Positions 1 through 10,628 of a stretch of DNA of 64,000 bases are shown here, piece by piece (the stretch's first letter is position 1; each line of letters opens with the position of its first letter). Source of the stretch: an uncultured Acidimicrobiales bacterium (GTDB lineage: Bacteria; Actinomycetota; Acidimicrobiia; Acidimicrobiales; DATKAS01); assembly GCA_963847855.1 (NCBI GenBank), contig CAWKBM010000007.1:85079-149078 (forward strand). Direction: 5' to 3'. The notes beneath the pieces were generated by a model. That model saw only the letters and a program-made list of their open reading frames with translations. It was not told the origin of the DNA and searched no databases. The position numbers and the translations under genes are program-made.

Positions 1-785
1 GTGTACGTCTCCTCGGCGTGGCGACGGGCCGTGGCACGCGCGTCGAGATAGGCGAGCCAGCCGCCCTCGTGGAGGGTCGCGTGGTGCGAGACGTCGTCGA
101 TCTCGAGCACTGACGTGATCGTGCGCTCGAGGAAGGCGCGGTCGTGCGACACGATCGCAACGCCGCCCCCGAGCGACGACACGAAGTCCTCCAGGCGGTC
201 GAGGCCAGCGAAGTCGAGGTCGTTCGTCGGTTCGTCGAGCAGGAACACGTCGAAGCGTGCGAGCAGGATCAAGGCGAGCGAGACGCGGGCTGCCTGCCCG
301 CCGGAGAGCGTCGCGGTGCTCTGGCCCTGAGCCGCGACGGGCAACCCGACGTCGTCGAGCACCTGCCCGATGCGGGCATCGAGGTCCGAGCCGCCCAGCG
401 CGAGCCACCGCTCGAGCGCATCCGAGTAGAGGTCCTCCGCGCCTGCCTCGTGCGCGGCGAGGGCGCGAGTCGCCCTGGAGAGGGACTCGTCCGCGCGGGT
501 CACGCCGGTGCGACGGTGCAGCAGCTCGCGTACGGTCTCGCCGGCGTCGCGCTCGGCCTCCTGGGGGAGGTAGCCGACGGTCGCGGTCGGCGGAGCGAGG
601 CTCACCGTGCCCCTTTCCGCGTGCAGCTCGCCAGCGAGCACGCGCAGCAGCGTCGATTTCCCGCTGCCGTTCACGCCGACGACGCCCACCCGTGTGCGCG
701 GCCCGATCGTGACCGACACGCCGTCGAGGATCACCGTGTCGGCGCGCCGGAACGTGAGCGCTCGCGCGGCGAGAGACGCGCTCAT
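1..785 (-). CDS. ABC-F family ATPase, N-terminal part (gene runs off left edge)
   Basis: Reverse translation from ATG at 785 gives MSASLAARALTF...GVVGVNGSGKSTLLRVLAG (Walker A) and LSGGQAARVSLALILLARFDVFLLDEPTNDLD (ABC signature plus Walker B). Absent from the ORF track because there is no stop inside the window. Confidence 0.8.
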   Translation of the reverse strand, partial: MSASLAARALTFRRADTVILDGVSVTIGPRTRVGVVGVNGSGKSTLLRVLAGELHAERGTVSLAPPTATVGYLPQEAERDAGETVRELLHRRTGVTRADESLSRATRALAAHEAGAEDLYSDALERWLALGGSDLDARIGQVLDDVGLPVAAQGQSTATLSGGQAARVSLALILLARFDVFLLDEPTNDLDFAGLDRLEDFVSSLGGGVAIVSHDRAFLERTITSVLEIDDVSHHATLHEGGWLAYLDARATARRHAEETY

Positions 786-815
786 CGACTCCTCGAGAGC
801 GACTGACCCATCGAC

Positions 816-1218
816 TCAGCCGCGGCGTTCCCGGCGCCAGACGACCCGCAGACCCGACCACACGTCGTCGATGGCGCACACCTTGTTGTCGACGAGCCCG
901 AGGGGGAGTGCGACCTCGCGCACGGTTTCTTCGGTGATGTCGGTCGGCACGCCGGATGCCTTCTTCGGCCACGCCACCCAGACACCGCCGTCGGGGAAGA
1001 TCGCTTTGCCGCACGCCTCGATCCGCTTGGCGAGCTGTGCTTTCTCGGTGAAGAACGCGACGAGGACGTCCGCATGGCGCGGCGGACGGCGCGGCGGCGA
1101 CGATCGGCACGCCCTCGACGAGATCGGCAAATCCCTCTGGAGCGCCGAGCGTCACGACCTCGGCGCCGTCCTTGATGCCGAGCTTGTTCGCGAGCGGCGT
1201 GCCCGAGTACCCGGCCAC
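816..1218 (-). CDS. DUF3052-like protein, apparent frameshift
   Basis: The N-terminus VAGYSGTPLANKLGIKDGAEVVTLGAPEGF starts at GTG 1218, 2 nt after the permease stop. The C-terminus HADVLVAFFTEKAQL...GGVWVAWPKKASGVPTDITE...NKVCAIDDVWSGL lies in the 816..1130 ORF frame. The frames switch around 1076-1110. Confidence 0.6.
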
Positions 1219-1220
1219 GG

Positions 1221-3761
1221 CTACTCCGTCGCGATCGACTCGAGGATGTTCAGCTTCGCGGCCTTGCGAGCAGGCAGGATCGCGGCGACGACGCCTGCGA
1301 TGGCGGCCAGGATCGCCACGATGACGAGCTGGCGGATCGGGATCGCGAAGCCGGTGAAGCCGATCGATCGCAGCGACCGTACGATGGCCGCGCCGAACGA
1401 GACGCCGATCACGAGTCCGAGCCCGGTGCCGAGCAACGCGATGATCACCGCCTCCCAGCGGACGGCCGATCTCACCTGACGACGGGTCATGCCGACGGCC
1501 CGGAGCAAGCCGATCTCGTGCCTGCGCTCGTAGATCGACAGAGCCAGCGTGTTGGCGATGCCGAGCAAGGCGATGATGATCGCCAGGAAGAGCAACGCGT
1601 AGATGATCTGCACGATCTGGTTGACCTGGCTCGCGGCCGACGCCTTGAACTCGTCGGGTGTCTGCAGCTGCGCCGTCGGGTAGTCGAGCAAGATCTTGTC
1701 GACGCCCGCCTCGAACGCGGCGGTGTCCGCTCCCGGCGCCAGCTTGATGAAGACCTGGGAGTCGAACTGATCGGCGAAGTGGTTCTCGTAGGTGGCGATC
1801 GACATGCCCCAGTTCGACGGTGCCTTCGTGCCGTCGATGAGCGTGACGATCTTCATCGGCGTGGTATCGCTGGCGAACGTCACCGGGATGGTCGTGCCGA
1901 TGTCCCAACCGTTCTTGTCGGCGACGTCCTTGTCGACCGCGATCGTGTTGATCTCGTTCAGGTCCTGGATCGAGCCGGTGACGTTCACGAAGTCGTAGAC
2001 GTCTTCGATCGTGTTCGGGTCGATCGCGAACACGACCTTGGTGCTGCCGTCCACCTGCATCGCGTTGAACCGCATGCCCGAGACGCTCTGCACCTCGGGC
2101 AGCGTGGCGACCTGGGCGGCGAGCTCGGGGCTGAAGCCGACGCTGTTGAAGCCACCCGTGCTGTTGACGATGTAGTCGGCCTTCAGCTGGTTGTTCGTGA
2201 TGTCGGCGATCGATTGCTTGACCGACGCTGCCAGCACGAGGATGAAGCCGACGATGCCGACGCCGATCATGAGGGCTGCTGCGGTCGAGGCCGTGCGCCG
2301 CGGGTTGCGTGCCGCGTTCTCCTTCGCGAGCGTCCCGCTCATCCCCCGGAGCTTGGGGAGGGGAGCGCCGAGCACCTTGCTGGCCGGCTTCGCGATGACC
2401 GGACCGAGGATGGTCGCGGCCAGGAAGACCACGAGGGCGCTGAGGCCGACTTGCGCAGCTCCGCCACTGCCTCCCTTCGACAGCCCGGCCACGAGGAGCA
2501 GCCCGCCGATCGCGAGCGCGATGAGGCCGAAGATCACTCGCTTGCGCGACGAGGCAGAGGTGTCGATGGCGACGTCGCGCATGGCGGCGACGGGTGGGAT
2601 GCGCGACGCCCGGCGAGCGGGGACGAAGGCCGACACGACGGTGACGCTGACGCCCACGATGAGGCTGACGATGACGGTGCGGGGGAGCACCACGAGTGAC
2701 CCGCTCGGCAGGTCGAACCCGAGAGCGGAGAGCAGGGACGTGAGGCCGAGCGCCACGAGGATGCCGAGACCGAAGCCGACGAGGGACGCGATCACGCCCA
2801 CCGCGATGCCCTCGACGAGCACCGACGTGAGCACCTGCCTTCGACTCGCCCCGATCGCCCTCAGCAGGGCGAGCTCACGGCCGCGCTGCGCGACCAGGAT
2901 CGAGAACGTGTTGTAGATGATGAACATCCCGACGAAGACCGCAACGCCGGCGAACACCAGCAGGAACGTGTTGAAGAACCTCAGGCCCTGCTTGATGTCG
3001 CTCTGGTTCTCCTTGGTGATCTGCTGGCCCGTCAGGACCTCGAGGTCAGCAGGCACCACCTTCTGGATGTTCGTGGCGAGCTGCTGTTGCGACACGCCCG
3101 CGTCCGCCACAGCGGAGATCGAGTCGATCTCTCCGGGCGCGGCGAGCAGCTTCTGCGCGGTGTTGTAGGCGAACCCGACGAACGTGGCGCCGGCCGGTGA
3201 GTCCGCCGTGCCGAACTTCGCGATGCCGGCGATCGTGAACTCTTGGGTCGGACCCTTCAGCAAGACCTTGACCCGCTGCCCGAGGGTGAAGTCCCCCTTC
3301 TTCGCGCTTCCCTCGTCGATGACGATCTCTTGCGTGCCCGTGGGCGCGCGGCCCTCGATGATCGTCCACGGGTTGAGCTCGGGCACCACGCCCCAGCTGC
3401 TCCCGATGTTCGGTGCCTGTCCCGAGCTGAGCGCCTTGCCGTTGGCCTTCACGAGCTGCGCGTAGCCCTGCACCGACCCTTCCGCGGCCTTCACTCCTTG
3501 GGCGCCCTCGACCGTCGTGACGAGCGACGCGGGGATGCGACTGCGTACATCGCCGAAGTCGCTCTTGAAGACGGTCGGGCCGCGCACGAACGCGTCGGTG
3601 CCGCGGTTCACGTCCGCGAACAGGTCGTCGAAGACCTTCCCCATCGTGTCGGTGAGCACGAGCGTGCCCGCCATGAACGCGACGCCCAGCATGATCGCGA
3701 GCGCGGTCGTGAGGAGACGGAGCTTCTTGGCCATCAGGCCGCGGATCGTCACGCGCCACAT
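1221..3761 (-). CDS. ABC transporter permease, FtsX/MacB type (846 aa)
   Basis: Long ORF with two FtsX-like membrane blocks separated by large extracytoplasmic regions. It lies directly downstream of the ATPase gene. Confidence 0.9.
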   Translation of the reverse strand: MWRVTIRGLMAKKLRLLTTALAIMLGVAFMAGTLVLTDTMGKVFDDLFADVNRGTDAFVRGPTVFKSDFGDVRSRIPASLVTTVEGAQGVKAAEGSVQGYAQLVKANGKALSSGQAPNIGSSWGVVPELNPWTIIEGRAPTGTQEIVIDEGSAKKGDFTLGQRVKVLLKGPTQEFTIAGIAKFGTADSPAGATFVGFAYNTAQKLLAAPGEIDSISAVADAGVSQQQLATNIQKVVPADLEVLTGQQITKENQSDIKQGLRFFNTFLLVFAGVAVFVGMFIIYNTFSILVAQRGRELALLRAIGASRRQVLTSVLVEGIAVGVIASLVGFGLGILVALGLTSLLSALGFDLPSGSLVVLPRTVIVSLIVGVSVTVVSAFVPARRASRIPPVAAMRDVAIDTSASSRKRVIFGLIALAIGGLLLVAGLSKGGSGGAAQVGLSALVVFLAATILGPVIAKPASKVLGAPLPKLRGMSGTLAKENAARNPRRTASTAAALMIGVGIVGFILVLAASVKQSIADITNNQLKADYIVNSTGGFNSVGFSPELAAQVATLPEVQSVSGMRFNAMQVDGSTKVVFAIDPNTIEDVYDFVNVTGSIQDLNEINTIAVDKDVADKNGWDIGTTIPVTFASDTTPMKIVTLIDGTKAPSNWGMSIATYENHFADQFDSQVFIKLAPGADTAAFEAGVDKILLDYPTAQLQTPDEFKASAASQVNQIVQIIYALLFLAIIIALLGIANTLALSIYERRHEIGLLRAVGMTRRQVRSAVRWEAVIIALLGTGLGLVIGVSFGAAIVRSLRSIGFTGFAIPIRQLVIVAILAAIAGVVAAILPARKAAKLNILESIATE

Positions 3762-3768
3762 GAGTGCG

Positions 3769-4536
3769 CTACTCCCCGAACTGCTTCATCCGATCGAGCA
3801 CCCTGTCCGCAGTGGGATCGTGCATCTCGTCGACCACTCGTCCGTCGGCGAGGAACACCACGCGGCTCGCGTACGACGCGGACATCGGGTCGTGGGTCAC
3901 CATCACGATCGTCTGGCCCAGATCGGAGACGGCCGCCTGCATGAAGTGCAGGATCTCCGAGCTCGTGTGGCTGTCGAGGTTGCCGGTCGGCTCGTCGGCG
4001 AAGATGAGGTCGGGCTGGTTCGCGAGCGCGCGAGCGACGGCGACTCGCTGTTGCTGACCGCCCGAAAGCTCGCTCGGCCGGTGCTTCAGGCGGTCACCGA
4101 GGCCGACGCTCTTGATCACGCGGGCGACCCACTCCTTGTCAGGGTCACGGCCGGCGAGCGCGAGGGGCAGGTTGATGTTCTCCTCGGCCGTGAGCGTCGG
4201 CACCAGGTTGTAGGCCTGGAAGATGAAGCCGAGGCGGTCGCGGCGCATCAACGTGAGCTCGCGCTCGGTCATGCTGCTGAGCGCACGCTCGCCGACCCAC
4301 ACTTCCCCCGACGTGAGGGTGTCGAGCCCGGCGCAGCAGTGCATGAGCGTGGACTTGCCGGAGCCTGACGGGCCCATGATCGCGGTGAATGCACCTGTCG
4401 CGAAGTCGATCGTGACGCCGTCGAGCGCGCGGACCTCGTTGTCGTCCTTGCCGTACACCTTCGTTGCGACGACCGTTCGGGCCGCGACCGCGGGTGCCTG
4501 CGGAGTGGCGGGAGTCGCCTCGCTGAGCGTTGACAT
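3769..4536 (-). CDS. ABC transporter ATP-binding protein (MacB/LolD-like)
   Basis: GPSGSGKSTL Walker A, LSGGQQQRVAVARAL signature, LIFADEPTGNLD Walker B. Confidence 0.95.
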   Translation of the reverse strand: MSTLSEATPATPQAPAVAARTVVATKVYGKDDNEVRALDGVTIDFATGAFTAIMGPSGSGKSTLMHCCAGLDTLTSGEVWVGERALSSMTERELTLMRRDRLGFIFQAYNLVPTLTAEENINLPLALAGRDPDKEWVARVIKSVGLGDRLKHRPSELSGGQQQRVAVARALANQPDLIFADEPTGNLDSHTSSEILHFMQAAVSDLGQTIVMVTHDPMSASYASRVVFLADGRVVDEMHDPTADRVLDRMKQFGE

Positions 4537-4620
4537 GGGGGGAAGTCAGCTCCTTCGGGAGGTCAGCACTCCACGCTAACCACGCGACGGATCAGCAGTG
4601 GCACCGTAGGATGGTTCGCT

Positions 4621-7600
4621 ATGACGTGCCCGTCATGCGGCGCACTCGCGCCTGCCGGCGCCAGGTTCTGCTCCGTTTGCGGGCACAGCCTGGTGGCGCG
4701 CTCTGATGAACGTCGGGTGGTCACGGTGCTTTTCGCCGACCTCGTGGGCTTCACAGGCCTTTCCGAGACCATGGATCCCGAGCAGCTGAAGAACCTGATC
4801 GACGACTGCTTCGAGTGCCTCGTGGCGGATGTCACTGCTTTCGGCGGACAGGTCGACAAGATCATCGGTGACGCGATCCTCGCCCTGTTCGGCGCGCCGA
4901 TCGCCCACGAAGACGATGGCGAGCGCGCCGTGCGCGCCGCCCTGCGCATGCAGCAGTCGATCGCCCAGCACATCGCGGGCATCGCGAACGGCATCGAGAT
5001 GCGGGTCGGCGTGAACACGGGTGAAGTCCTGGTGGGCGCCCTGCGCGCCGGCGGCGACTACACCGCGATGGGCGACGTCGTGAACACTGCGAACCGCCTG
5101 CAGTCCGTTGCAAAGCCCGGGCAGGTCCTGGTCGGGCCGGCGACGCACGCCGCCACGCATCAGGTCGTCCGCTACGACCACCTGGGCCCGGTGCAGGCCC
5201 GTGGACGTGAGGAGCCGGTCGAGGCCTGGATCGCAGTGGAGACGATCGCGCCCTCCGGGTCACCGACCCCGTCGGCTGCGCGCCCCGCTCGTCGGGCGCG
5301 CCACCGAGCTCGGGCTCATCTCGAGCAGCGTGGAGATGTCGGTGCAGCACAGTCGAGCGCAGCTGATCTTGCTCATCGGCGAGGCGGGGGTCGGCAAGAG
5401 CCGCCTCGCCGAAGAGGCGGCGTCGCTGGCCGAGGCGAACCACGAGGCCGCGGTGCTCGAAGGCCGATGTGTGCCGTACGGCGAGGCGAACATCTGGTGG
5501 CCGATCGGTGAAGCGCTGCGCGACGGGACCGGAGTGCATGCGGAGGACTCGGAGGACGTCGCCCGTCGTCGTTGCGTGGGCGCGGTCGCTGCGGTGCTCG
5601 AGCAACCCGCGACGGCAGACGAGGTCGCCCGCATCGCCGAGGGCCTCCTGTTCTACATGGGCTTCGCCACGCCGCTCGACGGGCTCGACCCGGCGAGAGC
5701 ACGCGAGGACGCGGCGCTCTCGTTGTTCGCGTTCACCGAGGCGTACCTCCGCGTGCGTCCTGTGGTCGTGGTCCTTTCCGACCTCCACTGGGCCGACGAC
5801 CTCGTGCTCGAGCTGCTCGACCGCATGCTTCGCGCGCTCGGGTCATTGCCCTTCGTCGTCGTGACGACGGCCCGTGTCGGTGAGGACTTCCGCTGGCGGC
5901 CTCAGGGAAGGCACAACACCGTCGCCATCAACCTCGACCCGCTCGATCGGGTCGCCGCGCGACAGCTGCTCGATTCCGTCGCCGAGGCGCGCATTCCCCG
6001 CCGCATCGCGGATCAGCTCCTCGACCGCAGCGGTGGCAACCCCTTCTTCCTCGAGGAGCTCGCGTCGCTCATCTGCGACACGGCCGACATCTCGGACGAC
6101 ATCCCCGACCTTCCCGACAACATCCGCGGGCTCGTGGCCGCCCGCCTCGACACCTTGTCGCCCGGTGAACGCGCGACGCTCGAGGACGCCGCGGTGCTCG
6201 GACGTTCCGGCCCGGTCAGCGCGCTTGCGTCGCTCGCCGAGGAACGCGTGCCGATCGACGCGCCCGCGAAGTACGACGACGACGGAAAGGGCGCGCTCGG
6301 CGGGCTCGTCGCCAAGGACCTGTTGGTGCTCGAGGGCGATCGGTGGACGTTCCGTTCCGAGTCGGTGCGCGAGGTTGCCTACAACACGCTCACCAAGGCG
6401 TCTCGTGCCAGACGGCATTCAGCGATCGCCGACATGTTCCAGAACGACGAGCTGATGGGCCGGGGAGAGCGCCTCGAGCAAGTAGCGGTGCATCTCGCCG
6501 CGGCGAGCGAGCTGGTGAGCGAGCTCGGCCCGATCCCTGGTGTGCCCGACGATGTGCGTTCAAGAGCAGCCGGATGGCTGGCGAAAGCCGCAAAGCGTGC
6601 GTACACGCACGACATGTCGGGCACCGCGCTACGGCTCTCCGACCGAGCGCTCTCGTTCCTCGATCCGGAGGACGAGGAGACGGCGAGTCCGCGCCGCCGG
6701 CTGCTCACGCTGCGGGCGTGGGCAAAGTCCGCGCTGCGCGACCTCCCCGGCGCGCGCATGGACGTGATGGCCGCGCTGTCCGACGCCGACCGCGCCGGCG
6801 ACCAGTCGGCACGCGCGCAGGCCATGAGCGTCCTCGGCCAGCTGCTCGAGCGCGAGGGTCACCTCGAGGAGTCGGCCGCCACGCTGTGGGACGCGATCGC
6901 GCTCTGGCGCGACCTCGGCCAGAAGGAAGGCCTCGCCGAGGCGTTGCGATACCTCGGGTTCACGAGCATCTTCCTGCGCACGTTCGAGGAGGGCGAGGCG
7001 GCCCTCGTCGAAGCGCGTGAGCTCTTCATCGAGCTCGGCGACAAGCGGGGCGAGGCCTGGGCGATTCAGTACCTGGCGTTCATGGCTTTCTCGCGAGGCG
7101 ATCTGGACGAGGCGAACCCGAGGCTCCAAGAGTCGTTGCGCATGTTCAGCGAGCTCGGTGACCAGTTCGGCATGGGCTGGTCACGCGGGCTGCTCGCGTG
7201 GGTTCGCTACAACGAGGGCAACTTCGAGGAGGCCGAGGCGCTCGCCGAGCTCGCCATCGGTGCTCGCGAGAGCGACAAGTGGGCGCACGGCATGATGCTG
7301 GTGCTGCTCGCCAACCTGCGGCTCTGGCGTGGGCACGCTCGGGCGGCGATCCCGCTCGCGAGCGAGGCCCGCGGCCTGTTCCACTCGATCGGCGATCACT
7401 ACGGCCGCGCGATGGCGTTGTCGGCGCTCGGTCGCGCACAGGCCGCGACGGGTGACGTCGTCGACGCCGAGAAGTCGATCGAGGAGGTGCTTGCGGCGAC
7501 CGGCGCAATCGCGTCAGAGAAGATGGGAGCGACGATCGCAGGCGCCACCTACCTCCATCTCGGAGAGGCGGATCGTGCGTTGTCCGCGTACCTGGCTGCA

Positions 7601-8152
7601 GGTACCGATCCGGCTGCCAAGCTCGGTCTCGGCGACCTGGAGTGGATGGTGGGCACCGGCCTCGCGTACCTGCAGCTCGCCAAGGTCGATGAGGCACTCG
7701 TGCTGCTGGAAGGTGCGGTTGGGCAGTCACCCGACACGCCTTACGGCGCCGCCGCGCTGGCGCTCGCGCGGGATGCGGTCGGTGAAGCCTCGGCTGCGAT
7801 CGACCTCGCGGACAGCGCGAGTGGCTTCCCAGGTGCGACCTACCTCGACAAGATGATGGCCGATGCCGCCCGCGTGCTCGCGTACGCGCAGCTCGGCGAC
7901 GAGAAGCACGCGATGAGCGTGCTCGACGAAGCCATCGCACAGGTCGACGCGACCGACGACCTCGTCGCTCGGCGCCTGATGCGTCTCGCCGGCGCGGAGG
8001 CTCTCGCGTCGCTCGGCGCGCCCGGCGCCGACGAGATGGGCGCCACGGCGCGGGCCGAGCTCGCGGCGCTGGGTGCTCCGGCCGACGGATGGGGCACTGC
8101 GTTCCGCCTGGCCGCGCTGGGTCGGGGTGCGGGCGAAGGCGGCGGCAGCTGA
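4621..8152 (+). CDS. Zinc-ribbon / class III adenylate-guanylate cyclase / AAA ATPase / TPR protein, apparent frameshift
   Basis: The 4621 frame has CPSCG..CSVCG followed by the cyclase core VTVLFADLVGFT...IGDAILALFGAP...GVNTGEV...GDVVNTANRL. The 5108 frame continues with PLVGRATEL...LIGEAGVGKSRL (P-loop) and long TPR-like repeats. The frames switch around 5250-5290. Confidence 0.8.
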
Positions 8153-8625
8153 CGACGGGGCTGATCGTCGGGCGGTTCTGCCCACCTCATCTGGGCCACT
8201 CGTACCTGATCGAGTCCGCGGCCGCGCACGTCGACGAGCTTGTGGTGTTCGTGAACACGAAGGACGGCGAGCCGGTGCCCGGCGAGCTCCGCGCTGCCTG
8301 GCTGGCCGAGCTGCATCCGGATGTGACCGTCATCGAGGTGCGCCACGACCTCGACACGAACTTCGACGACGAGGTTCTGTGGCAGCAGTGGATCGATCTG
8401 TTCCGCTCGCGGTGGCCGGTCGATTCCGGGCCCGACGTCTACTTCTCGTCCGAGGCGTATGGCGCGGAGATCGCTCGGCGGCTCGGCGCACGCGCGGTCG
8501 ACGTGGATCCGGAACGGATCGCGGTACCCATTTCAGCGTCGATGATCCGCGCCGACCCACGCGCGCACCTCGAGCAGCTCGCGCCGCCGGTGCGCGCGTG
8601 GGTGGCGACTCACTTGTTGGGCTGA
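8089..8625 (+). CDS. Cytidylyl/adenylyltransferase family protein (NadR NMNAT-domain-like)
   Basis: GLIVGRFCPPHLGHSYLIE nucleotidyltransferase (H/T)xGH-type motif. The start is uncertain: ATG 8089 overlaps the upstream gene by 64 nt. Confidence 0.6.
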   Translation: MGHCVPPGRAGSGCGRRRRQLTTGLIVGRFCPPHLGHSYLIESAAAHVDELVVFVNTKDGEPVPGELRAAWLAELHPDVTVIEVRHDLDTNFDDEVLWQQWIDLFRSRWPVDSGPDVYFSSEAYGAEIARRLGARAVDVDPERIAVPISASMIRADPRAHLEQLAPPVRAWVATHLLG

Positions 8626-9245
8626 GGAGTGAGCCGGAGGTACGGCTTGATCGCCTTCCAGCCCTTCGGGAACTTGCCCTTCGCGTCGTCGTCGGAGACG
8701 GACGGCATGATGATGACGTCTTCGCCGTCCTTCCAGTTGACCGGCGTCGACACGCTGTAGCCCGACGAGAGCTGCAGCGAGTCGATGACCCGCAGGATCT
8801 CGTCGAAGTTGCGCCCGCACGATTGCGGATAGGTGATGGTGAGCTTCACCTTCTTGTCGGGGCCGATGACGAACACGGTGCGCACGGTGACCGTGTCGCT
8901 CGCGTTGGGGTGGATCATGTCGTAGAGGTCTGCGACCTTCTTTTCGGGATCGCCGATCATCGGGTAGTTGACCGCGGTGCCCTGCGTCTCAGCGATGTCG
9001 GCCGCCCACTTCTCGTGGCTCTCGACGGGGTCGACCGACAGGCCGATCACCTTCGTGTTGCGCTTGTCGAACTCGGGCTTGATCTTCGCGATGTAGCCGA
9101 GCTCGGTGGTGCAGACCGGCGTGAAGTCCTTGGGATGCGAGAACAGCACGCCCCAGCCGTCGCCGAGCCACTCGTGGAAGTTGATCGTGCCTTCGGTCGT
9201 GTCGGCGGTGAAGTCGGGAGCGGTATCGCCCAATCGGATGGCCAT
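8610..9245 (-). CDS. 1-Cys peroxiredoxin (Prx6/AhpC-TSA family)
   Basis: GWGVLFSHPKDFTPVCTTELG active-site motif over a full-length 211 aa. Confidence 0.95.
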   Translation of the reverse strand: MAIRLGDTAPDFTADTTEGTINFHEWLGDGWGVLFSHPKDFTPVCTTELGYIAKIKPEFDKRNTKVIGLSVDPVESHEKWAADIAETQGTAVNYPMIGDPEKKVADLYDMIHPNASDTVTVRTVFVIGPDKKVKLTITYPQSCGRNFDEILRVIDSLQLSSGYSVSTPVNWKDGEDVIIMPSVSDDDAKGKFPKGWKAIKPYLRLTPQPNK

Positions 9246-9484
9246 GTGGTGCCTTTCGCTGAACGCTGGATGGAGCGGATTTTGGTGGTATCTCTAGTCT
9301 GCCGGTATCCCGACAAACCCCGTCAACAATGAGTGACGGCACCGTCAGTGACCGAAGGCCCTCACCGTACGTGAGCAGCAGAAATAGGCCAAACGACCCC
9401 TACGGGAAAACAGCGCTCAGTGCTAATGTCGCCACTCATGGTGCCGATCTCAGCGGGGACATCCGTGGAGGGAGTCGGGCGAAG

Positions 9485-10411
9485 ATGACAAAGACAAAGG
9501 TCCAAGATCGGCAATCCAGCCCCCGTGGCTCGGCCAGGTTGGCCGCCCAGGGTGGCCCTGATCGGTCGCTCGTCGAGGCGAACTTGACGCTCGTCGAGCA
9601 GATCGTCGTCCAGGTGGCGGTGAACTTCCCGAGGCACGTCGACCGTGGCGAGCTCGTCCGGGCCGGTGTGCTCGGTCTCGTCGAGGCGGCCAATCGGTTC
9701 GATCCCACCAAGGGGGTCCCGTTCGACAAGTTCGCGGCGCGGCGCATCCGAGGGGCGATCCTCGATGCCGTCCGGTCAGCCGACTGGGCTCCCCGTTCGG
9801 TGCGGGCTCTCGCTCGGCAGGCCGACTCCGCAGAGCAGCGCCTGGCCAGCCGGCTCGGCCGCATGCCCTCGATGGAGGAGCTGGCTCGTGAGGTCGGGGC
9901 ATCCCCCGCGGACCTCGCAGCCCTGAGGGACCGGGTATTCCGGTCCGTCGTGCTCGCTCTCGACTACCGCCTCGGCGAGGCCGAGGAAGATCTCTCGCTC
10001 GTCGACGTGCTGTGTGACCGCACGGTCTCCGAGCCGTCCGAGGAGCTCGAGGCCCGCGAGATGCGTGCCTATCTCCGAGACGCAGTGCACCTGCTGCCCG
10101 AGCGCCACCGCCTGGTGATCACCGGCTACTTCCTCGAGGGTCGCACCTCGGAGGAGCTCGCTCGGTTCCTGTCGGTGACCGAGAGCCGCATCTCCCAGCT
10201 GCGCTCTGAGGCGCTCGAAATGCTGCGTGAGGCCATCGAGGCGCAGTACCGGCCCACCGGTGAGGCTGACGACGCATCCAGCCGCACGACCGCTCGGGTT
10301 GCCCGACGCAAGCAGACCTACGCCGCCGCAGTGGCAACGCAGTCTTCGTGGAAGAGCCGGCTCGACCAGGTCACGACGACCGAGCCCCTCGCCACGCTCG
10401 CGACCGCCTGA
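9485..10411 (+). CDS. FliA/WhiG-type (group 3) sigma-70 family sigma factor
   Basis: Region 2 is LVRAGVLGLVEAANRFDPTKGVPFDKFAARRIRGAILD. Region 4 is ELARFLSVTESRISQLRSEAL. ATG 9485 is preceded by GGAGGGAG. The track ORF starts upstream at 9329 in low-GC3 sequence. Confidence 0.85.
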   Translation: MTKTKVQDRQSSPRGSARLAAQGGPDRSLVEANLTLVEQIVVQVAVNFPRHVDRGELVRAGVLGLVEAANRFDPTKGVPFDKFAARRIRGAILDAVRSADWAPRSVRALARQADSAEQRLASRLGRMPSMEELAREVGASPADLAALRDRVFRSVVLALDYRLGEAEEDLSLVDVLCDRTVSEPSEELEAREMRAYLRDAVHLLPERHRLVITGYFLEGRTSEELARFLSVTESRISQLRSEALEMLREAIEAQYRPTGEADDASSRTTARVARRKQTYAAAVATQSSWKSRLDQVTTTEPLATLATA

Positions 10412-10469
10412 GCCAACGCTCGAAGCCGCAGGACCTCTGCAGCACAGGACCCTTGTACGGCGGAGCGCT

Positions 10470-10628
10470 TTAGCGCAGGAACTCTCGAAGCGAGGGCTGC
10501 AGGCCCCGCGCACTCGTTGCCAGCGCGGCCAGCCAGGCCAGCTCCGCTTCGCGCAGCTCGGTCAGGCGTGCTTCGTCGAGGGTGCCCGGACGTCGCCTCG
10601 GGCGCTTGCGCTCTTCGACCTCGGTCAT
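10470..10628 (-). CDS. Small hypothetical protein (52 aa) coupled to the FlgN-like gene
   Basis: Its ATG at 10628 overlaps the TGA of the upstream gene (ATGA). Sequence: MTEVEERKRPRRRPGTLDEARLTELREAELAWLAALATSARGLQPSLREFLR. Confidence 0.3.
   Translation of the reverse strand: MTEVEERKRPRRRPGTLDEARLTELREAELAWLAALATSARGLQPSLREFLR

Noticed and set aside
8073-9332. 419-aa plus-strand ORF spanning the peroxiredoxin locus
   Set aside because: Antisense to an unmistakable 1-Cys peroxiredoxin. A shadow ORF.
9928-9946. Hairpin GGACCGG-gtatt-CCGGTCC
   Set aside because: It lies inside the sigma-factor coding sequence. It is a short 7-bp stem with no terminator context, so it is likely incidental.
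10470-10628. 52-aa ORF as the anti-sigma-28 factor FlgM
   Set aside because: It is too short, it lies downstream rather than upstream of the FlgN-like gene, and it lacks a FlgM-like C-terminal sigma-binding helix pattern. Kept only as a hypothetical ORF.
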